Under the pieces are notes generated by a model. That model did not search any database and was not told the DNA's origin. It was given only the letters and a program-made list of their open reading frames with translations. A DNA stretch of 64,000 bases from Candidatus Pacearchaeota archaeon (GTDB taxonomy: Archaea > Nanobdellota > Nanobdellia > Pacearchaeales > GW2011-AR1), in the NCBI GenBank assembly GCA_017609175.1, contig JAFCEJ010000003.1, positions 77,817-141,816 of the forward strand. Direction: 5' to 3'. Both the position numbers and the translations under genes were made by a program. Positions 58,345-64,000 of this stretch are shown piece after piece. Within the stretch, counting starts at the first letter, position 1; every line of letters begins with the position of its first letter.

Positions 58345-59225
58345 AAAAAGTTTCAATTATAATCCCTACATACAATGGGCTCAAAGTATTAAAAAAATGT
58401 TTGGAATCACTAAAAAAAACAGACTATAAAAACCTAAAAATAATTTTAGTAGATAATGGCTCAAGCGATGGTACTATATCATTCATAAAAAAGAATTATC
58501 CTTCAATAGAAATAATTGCCCTAAACAAAAATTATGGATTTGCGTATGCAGTTAACAAAGGAATTAAAAAAGCCATAAAAGATGGATCAGATTATATTTT
58601 AAGCTTAAATAATGATGTCATTATCCCAAATAAAAATTGGATAAGGGAACTAATAAAAACAGCAGAGAAAGATAATAAAATAGGCATTATTGGAATAAAA
58701 ATTACTTCTAAAAATAAAAGGTTACAGTTTTTATTTTATGGATTAAAAAGCGAGGGGGAGTTGGATAAAGGACAATATGACTTTATTAGGGAAGTTCCTG
58801 CAATAAATGGTGTTGCTATGTTTATAAAAAAAGAAGTAATTAAAAAAGTAGGATTTTTTGATGAAAGATTTTTTTATGGGAGAGATGATCTAGATTATGG
58901 GTTTAGAGCAAGGAAAGCCGGATTTAAGGTAATTTATAATGGAAAAATTAAACTAATCCATTATGGAGGATATTCCTTTAAAATTTCTAAAGGAAAAGAA
59001 AGTTTAAATTTATTCAAAGAAAAAGAAAAAGGTTTGCTCTTATTTAGTTTTAAACACCTAAATTTAAAATCAAAAATTTTGGCGGTATTGAGAGTATTTA
59101 TAGATGTATTTATTTCAAAAGAAAATAATAAAAAAATTTCGATTAAAAATATTCGGTTTAATAAAGATTTTTTAAAAAGATTATATTATGCTTTTTTGTC
59201 TTTTAAAGAAACTATTTTTTCCTAA
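58341..59225 (+). CDS. GT2 glycosyltransferase (rhamnosyltransferase-like subgroup)
   Basis: VDNGSSDG, NYGFA...N.G, LNND, GFFDERF, DDLD. Confidence 0.9.
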   Translation: MKKVSIIIPTYNGLKVLKKCLESLKKTDYKNLKIILVDNGSSDGTISFIKKNYPSIEIIALNKNYGFAYAVNKGIKKAIKDGSDYILSLNNDVIIPNKNWIRELIKTAEKDNKIGIIGIKITSKNKRLQFLFYGLKSEGELDKGQYDFIREVPAINGVAMFIKKEVIKKVGFFDERFFYGRDDLDYGFRARKAGFKVIYNGKIKLIHYGGYSFKISKGKESLNLFKEKEKGLLLFSFKHLNLKSKILAVLRVFIDVFISKENNKKISIKNIRFNKDFLKRLYYAFLSFKETIFS

Positions 59226-59560
59226 AGAAAATGGATGGTTTTTTTATTACGAATGGAATAAATGGGTAAACAGAAGATGCTAAACTCCATTCAATACCCC
59301 ATGTATTTAAACATCCGGGGCATTTTTTTATATCTTGCCTTATTTTTTTTGCGAGAGAAGACTTCCAAATTTTTGTTGGAGAATCTTTCAAGATATTTCC
59401 GGCTACAATATGGGATTTCATAAGACAAGGAGTCACATCACCATTATATCTTAATAAAAAAACTATTTAAAACAAAACACCGAAATCTAAAATTATCTTT
59501 AATGATTTTAACTAATGCTTCATGATGAAATCCCTCAGGAAATTTCCTAATTGCTTTTAA
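59212..59560 (-). pseudogene. C-terminal SPASM remnant of a radical SAM gene
   Basis: FRCFVLNSF then a frameshift at the A7 run (59456-59462) into LLRYNGDVTPC...GNI...IW...IR..IKKCPGC; no radical SAM core upstream. Confidence 0.7.
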
Positions 59561-59711
59561 TAATTTTTTCTATATCCTCGGTAGAACCATCATCAACTAC
59601 GATAACCTCATAATGCTTATAAGTTTGATTAAATATGGACCTCAACGTATCTGTAAGGGTTTTAGAACAATTTTTTACTGGGATAATAATAGAAAATTGG
59701 ATATTTTTCAT
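59547..59711 (-). pseudogene. N-terminal fragment of a GT2 glycosyltransferase
   Basis: Manual translation [54 protein letters not shown]. Confidence 0.8.
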
Positions 59712-59762
59712 AAGAAGACAAATATATTTAAATTTATAATCTTTGTTATCTTATCTATAAAA

Positions 59763-60614
59763 ATGATAAGCATTATAATCCCCACATATAACGAGGAAAA
59801 AGACATATTAGATTGTTTAAAATCTTTAGAAAGGCAAACCTATAAGAATTTTGAAATAATTATTATTGATGACGGCTCCACGGACGAAACAATAAAGAAG
59901 ATAAGAGAATTCTCTAAAAAAGATAGAAAAATAAGAATATTAAATCAAAAACACAAAGGCCCTGGAGCAGCAAGGAATTTGGGGGCAAAATATGCAAAAG
60001 GGGAAATTCTTATTTTTGTTGATGCAGACATGACTTTTGATAAAGATTATATCAAAAATCTTATAAATCCTCTCGAGAAAAAAGAGATAATTGGAACTAC
60101 TCATGAAACAGAAATTGCAAAGAATATAAAAAACATCTGGAGCAATTGTTGGGGAAGAATAAGGGTTTCTAAAAAAGGTGCTAAAAAAGTTAAAATTTTT
60201 AGGGCAATTAAAAAAGATTTTTTTTTGAAGAGAGGTGGATTTGATCCAAAATATGGTTATGCGGATGATCAAACATTTTGGTTTAAATATAGAATAAAAC
60301 CGATTGTTGCAAAAAATACTATTTGCTATCATAAAAATCCAGAAACACTAAAATCTGTTTATAATCAAAGCAGATGGATTGGATCCTCTTCACTTTCTAG
60401 ATGGCTAAAAATACCAATTATAAACTGGCTCGTTGTGGGGGTCTTATTTGTTATCTCTCCCCCATTAATCATTATCTTAGCAATTAAAAAAACTCTTAAA
60501 ACAAAAAATTATAAAATCTTTTTCCCGTGGATGTTAATCTTTACCACTGTCCGTTATTTTGGAACATTAGCAGGTTACAAAAGAAAAATTTTAAGGGGGA
60601 TAAATTTTAGGTAA
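59763..60614 (+). CDS. GT2 glycosyltransferase with C-terminal TMs
   Basis: ISIIIPTYNEE, IDDGSTD, ARNLGA, FVDADM; ATG at 59763. Confidence 0.92.
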   Translation: MISIIIPTYNEEKDILDCLKSLERQTYKNFEIIIIDDGSTDETIKKIREFSKKDRKIRILNQKHKGPGAARNLGAKYAKGEILIFVDADMTFDKDYIKNLINPLEKKEIIGTTHETEIAKNIKNIWSNCWGRIRVSKKGAKKVKIFRAIKKDFFLKRGGFDPKYGYADDQTFWFKYRIKPIVAKNTICYHKNPETLKSVYNQSRWIGSSSLSRWLKIPIINWLVVGVLFVISPPLIIILAIKKTLKTKNYKIFFPWMLIFTTVRYFGTLAGYKRKILRGINFR

Positions 60615-60669
60615 GATATAAAAAAAGAATAATCCAAACAGATTTAAAGAAAAATTTTAACATAAGAAT

Positions 60670-62187
60670 CTAAAAAGATTTTTCTATTAGAATTTTTAAT
60701 AAATCTAAATCCCCTCTTCTGAGTCCTTTAATCAAAATCAAAATTCCAAGATAAGATCCTGCACCTAGAAGAATATCAATAATCCCATAAAAGATATTCA
60801 TATCCTTAACAAACAAATTATTAAATAAAATTAAGATAAATACCATCAATATTCCTGCAATAAAAGGTTTTAAAAAATCAGAATATATCATCCTTACCCC
60901 AAAAATTTTCTTAGAATTCTTCCATAATCCAATAAAATAAAAGGCCCTGCTTAGAATAGTCGCTATTGCCGCCCCAATAATTGCGAAAAGTAATGAAAAT
61001 CTCATAAGAAAAGATATTAGAATAAAATTTAAGAAAATATTAAGTACAGAACTCAAAATCAAAAATTTTACAAAAAAAGAAGGTTTTTCTTTTGCAGTAA
61101 AAAGACTAGACAAAATATCTGTAATGACTGTTAAAATTATTGCAATAGATAAAATAGAAAGGACTGGCGAAGAAGGCAAATAAGCATAACCGAAAAATGT
61201 TCTAATAATATATTTACTTAAGACTATTAAACCAAAAGATATCGGTATAGAAATCATAAAAGAGTATTTAATTGATTTCAAGAAAATTTGCCTTAATTGC
61301 TTTTTTGTTGTTTGAACAAAAACAGGAAATAAAACATTTGTGAATCCAATTAGAGCCGAAATACTAAAAACTAATCCAAAAGAGGCTCTGTAATAACCAA
61401 CATAAGATGCATCTGGAATAAGTGCTCCAATCATTAAGACATCTATATAACCAAATAACATTGATGAAAGTGCACCAATTGTTAAATAAGCCCTAAATTT
61501 AAATAATTTTTTTCTATCAAAATCAACAACTTCTTTTTTGAATAAAAATCCGTATTTTGATTTTGCAATATAAAGCAAAAACAGAATAATGATAAAAGAG
61601 GCTAATGCATAAACAAGAAATATTAAAGAAACTTTATCAAGAGGGAAAGTTATTTTAAGAACAAATAAGATAAAAAATAGTTTAAGTGATTGATAAATTA
61701 CTTCTTTTATTGCTAAAATTTTGACTTCTTTAAATATATAAAAAAATTGTTGTATAAATGGATCAAGAGAAAAAAACAGGGCATACAATGATGCAGCCAA
61801 TAAAGGAGAAAATAACATAGGTTTTTTAAAAATATAAAATGAAAGGGGGTAAGCCAATAATGCCAAGGATGCCCCAGTTAAAACAGAAAAAAGAATTTTT
61901 CTTTTTAACAAATAATTAAAATATGTAGCTGCTTTTTTCTTATTTTTTTCTTTAATCTCAAAGGCAACATATCTTGCAAAAGAACCACTCAATCCAAAAT
62001 CCATAATTGAAATAAATATCATTGTAATTGACATAACTAGACTGTATATCCCAAATAATTCTGGAAGCAAAAATCTTGCAAGGATAATAGTGAAGATTAA
62101 TGAAGCTCCTCTTTCTATCAACCTAGATAAGAAATTATAAGAAGTATTCTTTACTAAGGAAGTTTTAAGTTTTATACTATCTTTCAT
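60670..62187 (-). CDS. Oligosaccharide flippase (Wzx/MOP family)
   Basis: ILARFLLPELFGIY, DFGL, IDVLMIG...VGYY, GAAIAT. Confidence 0.92.
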   Translation of the reverse strand: MKDSIKLKTSLVKNTSYNFLSRLIERGASLIFTIILARFLLPELFGIYSLVMSITMIFISIMDFGLSGSFARYVAFEIKEKNKKKAATYFNYLLKRKILFSVLTGASLALLAYPLSFYIFKKPMLFSPLLAASLYALFFSLDPFIQQFFYIFKEVKILAIKEVIYQSLKLFFILFVLKITFPLDKVSLIFLVYALASFIIILFLLYIAKSKYGFLFKKEVVDFDRKKLFKFRAYLTIGALSSMLFGYIDVLMIGALIPDASYVGYYRASFGLVFSISALIGFTNVLFPVFVQTTKKQLRQIFLKSIKYSFMISIPISFGLIVLSKYIIRTFFGYAYLPSSPVLSILSIAIILTVITDILSSLFTAKEKPSFFVKFLILSSVLNIFLNFILISFLMRFSLLFAIIGAAIATILSRAFYFIGLWKNSKKIFGVRMIYSDFLKPFIAGILMVFILILFNNLFVKDMNIFYGIIDILLGAGSYLGILILIKGLRRGDLDLLKILIEKSF

Positions 62188-62255
62188 AAACAGATAAAAA
62201 GAAAGAGATTTTTAAATTTGATTAGTTTTATAAACTTTCTTTTTTAATTAAAAGA

Positions 62256-64000
62256 ATGGAGGAGATTAAGGAAGAGGGATTCTTTTTCAAAATTTTTGAC
62301 AAGATTTTAGATTACGTAATATCTTTAAAAGAAAATAAAACACACCTTTATCTTTGGATTATTGTCTTAATAGGACTTATCCTAAGGATTATTGCGATGA
62401 TAAATATTTCCTGGGATGGAGATTCCCCCCATTATATGATTCATGCTATTAACTTTACAAAATCAGGGTTATTAACATCATGGAATCAATCCGCAGGATT
62501 ATGGTATTTTTTAACAAGTATCATGTATTCTATTTTTGGATTTAGTTATATTACTGCAAGAATTCTAACTCTATTCGTAAGCACATTAACTATAATTGCA
62601 ATATTTTTATTTACAAAAGAATTTTTTAAAAATGAAAAAGCTGCACTAATTTCTGCTATGTTCTTTGCATTCTATTCTGGAAGCATTAAAATGACTATTG
62701 CATTTATGCATGCGATGGTTTTATTGTTGTTAATTATGGGGATGTATTACCTCTTAAAAGCAGAAAGAACAAACAAGAACCGATATTACCTCATTGCGTT
62801 CCTATATTTCGGGGTTTCTCAAATGTTAAAAGCATACACGGTTTTATTTTGTCCAGGAATTGTTTTGTTTATGATAGGGAATAAAATCATTATTGAAAAA
62901 AAAGATTATAGAGAAGTTATTAAAGACAAATTGCTCTGGAAAAGAATTTTTCTTTTTGGAGTTATAATGATTTTATCTTTTTCTCCAATAGCCATCTATA
63001 ATTATCTCCTTTACAAATACAATGGGCATGCAGATATGCAATTTACAAGAATGTTTGGACTTTATAATGAAAAGGCTGACAGGTTATTCTCATGGGATCC
63101 GGGGTACCACCAATCATTTAACCCCCTTAAACTATTTTGGAAAGGAAACTATGCAAATACACCTGATATAATTACCCTCATTTCATATTTTTTTGCGCTT
63201 GCCCCATTCATAACAATCCTATTCTTTTTCTCATTAATTTATTCTATTAAAAATATTCAGAAAAATCCCCTAATAAAAAAGTATCTTTTATATTGGGTTT
63301 TAGTATTATTGTTCCCCATGTTTTATCTCATATCAGTATTAACGCTTCCAAAGCAAATAATATTTTTCCCGGCATTTTTTATCCCATTAATATCCTATTC
63401 TCTTTTTAAGGATATAAGAATTACAAGAAAAAAATTTATTGGACTATTAATTATTTTCCTATTCTTTTGCTTATTTGCCCTTTCAATAACTTATAGGGTT
63501 CATGAGAATTTCTATTATAAAAAACCCAACATTCAATTATTTGATGTAGGAAAAAATATCCAAGAAAATAGCCTAGTTATTCAGGACCCAAGAATCTATG
63601 GGGGGTATGTTCTCTTATCTTTTTTTAAGGCCCCTATAATAACTCCCTATGAATTTCAGGAAATTATGAATTTAAATCAAAACCTTAGTGATCAAATATG
63701 GATTGATTTATACTTCATAAGAAAAATAGAAGATAAGGAATCTTCTCTAGAATTAGAAAATTATTTCAACGTATTAGAAAATCAAACAGAGGTAGTTAAA
63801 ATAATTTATGATAAAGATTTAGAGGTCCATTATTTAGAGAATGAAAATATTAGTAAAGGGACAATGAAATACACCCTTAAAGATCCTGTCCAATTTAATT
63901 TAGGCTATTGGAAATTTTATAACCCTTTTATAAGCCATCCAAAAGAAATTCCAGTATATAAAATTCATAAAACACAAATATCGTTTAGCAAATCATTGTT
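62256..64000 (+). CDS. GT-C fold (ArnT/PMT-like) membrane glycosyltransferase, 3' end outside window
   Basis: Manual translation of the 5' part: ...IGLILRII...SWDGDSPHY...MYSIFGFSYITARIL...KEFFKNEKAALISAMF; absent from the ORF track, consistent with no stop in the window. Confidence 0.75.
   Translation, partial: MEEIKEEGFFFKIFDKILDYVISLKENKTHLYLWIIVLIGLILRIIAMINISWDGDSPHYMIHAINFTKSGLLTSWNQSAGLWYFLTSIMYSIFGFSYITARILTLFVSTLTIIAIFLFTKEFFKNEKAALISAMFFAFYSGSIKMTIAFMHAMVLLLLIMGMYYLLKAERTNKNRYYLIAFLYFGVSQMLKAYTVLFCPGIVLFMIGNKIIIEKKDYREVIKDKLLWKRIFLFGVIMILSFSPIAIYNYLLYKYNGHADMQFTRMFGLYNEKADRLFSWDPGYHQSFNPLKLFWKGNYANTPDIITLISYFFALAPFITILFFFSLIYSIKNIQKNPLIKKYLLYWVLVLLFPMFYLISVLTLPKQIIFFPAFFIPLISYSLFKDIRITRKKFIGLLIIFLFFCLFALSITYRVHENFYYKKPNIQLFDVGKNIQENSLVIQDPRIYGGYVLLSFFKAPIITPYEFQEIMNLNQNLSDQIWIDLYFIRKIEDKESSLELENYFNVLENQTEVVKIIYDKDLEVHYLENENISKGTMKYTLKDPVQFNLGYWKFYNPFISHPKEIPVYKIHKTQISFSKSL

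Noticed and set aside
2987..59762. Extended 5' starts in the ORF track (2987, 6515, 19477, 27432, 32362, 43354, 51294, 57286, 58329, 59613)
   Set aside because: Extensions overlap upstream genes or promoters; downstream ATGs match family N-termini and stop-start coupling.
841..60332. Many 60-185 aa antisense or alternate-frame ORFs in the track (e.g. 8877-9377, 10269-10811, 12295-12849, 21691-22431, 32235-32780)
   Set aside because: They overlap well-supported genes and have the Phe/Ser/Ile-rich composition expected from reverse-reading Lys/Glu-rich AT-biased genes.
52971..63605. G6/C6 runs in the carbamoyltransferase (52971-52976) and last GT-C gene (63600-63605) as phase-variation tracts
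   Set aside because: G6/C6 runs also occur in core genes such as secY, rps17 and taw1, so they are background.
1..64000. CRISPR array, rRNA, transposase/integrase, reverse transcriptase or intein
   Set aside because: No regularly spaced repeats or corresponding protein motifs seen by eye on either strand.

Overview
AT-rich archaeal chromosome segment, most consistent with a DPANN archaeon of the Pacearchaeota/Woesearchaeota group. This is inferred from archaeal r-proteins, a short archaeosortase, AMP phosphorylase plus R15P isomerase and compact, largely leaderless or coupled genes. Layout: (1-7 kb) cell-envelope cluster with S-layer gene, archaeosortase, PAP2 phosphatase and a second Ig-like surface protein; (7-24 kb) core genes (dph2-like, sepF, pfdB, rpoP, rpl37ae, tRNA-Pro, rpl11-spt5-secE-ftsZ, slyD, aIF5A, rpl40e, site-2 protease, taw1, rpl1-10-12, tRNA-Ser, AMP phosphorylase) interspersed with small orphans; (24-39 kb) the S10/spc ribosomal superoperon through secY, lacking rnp1 and adk; (40-64 kb) an aglB-anchored glycosylation island with GT2/GT4/GT-C enzymes, two flippases, UDP-glucuronate decarboxylase, B12-binding and SPASM radical SAM enzymes, a NodU-type carbamoyltransferase and two SAM methyltransferases. 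Main leads: a methyltransferase frameshifted inside its SAM motif at a G8 tract (candidate phase-variable glycan switch), antibiotic-like tailoring chemistry in the glycan island, a deletion scar fusing a GT2 5' end to a radical SAM 3' end, an unannotated Lys-rich H1-like microprotein, a stand-alone CARF-like protein and a sortase/substrate pair with a non-canonical sorting tail. No CRISPR array, rRNA or transposase was seen. All calls are by-eye motif recognition with no database searches.
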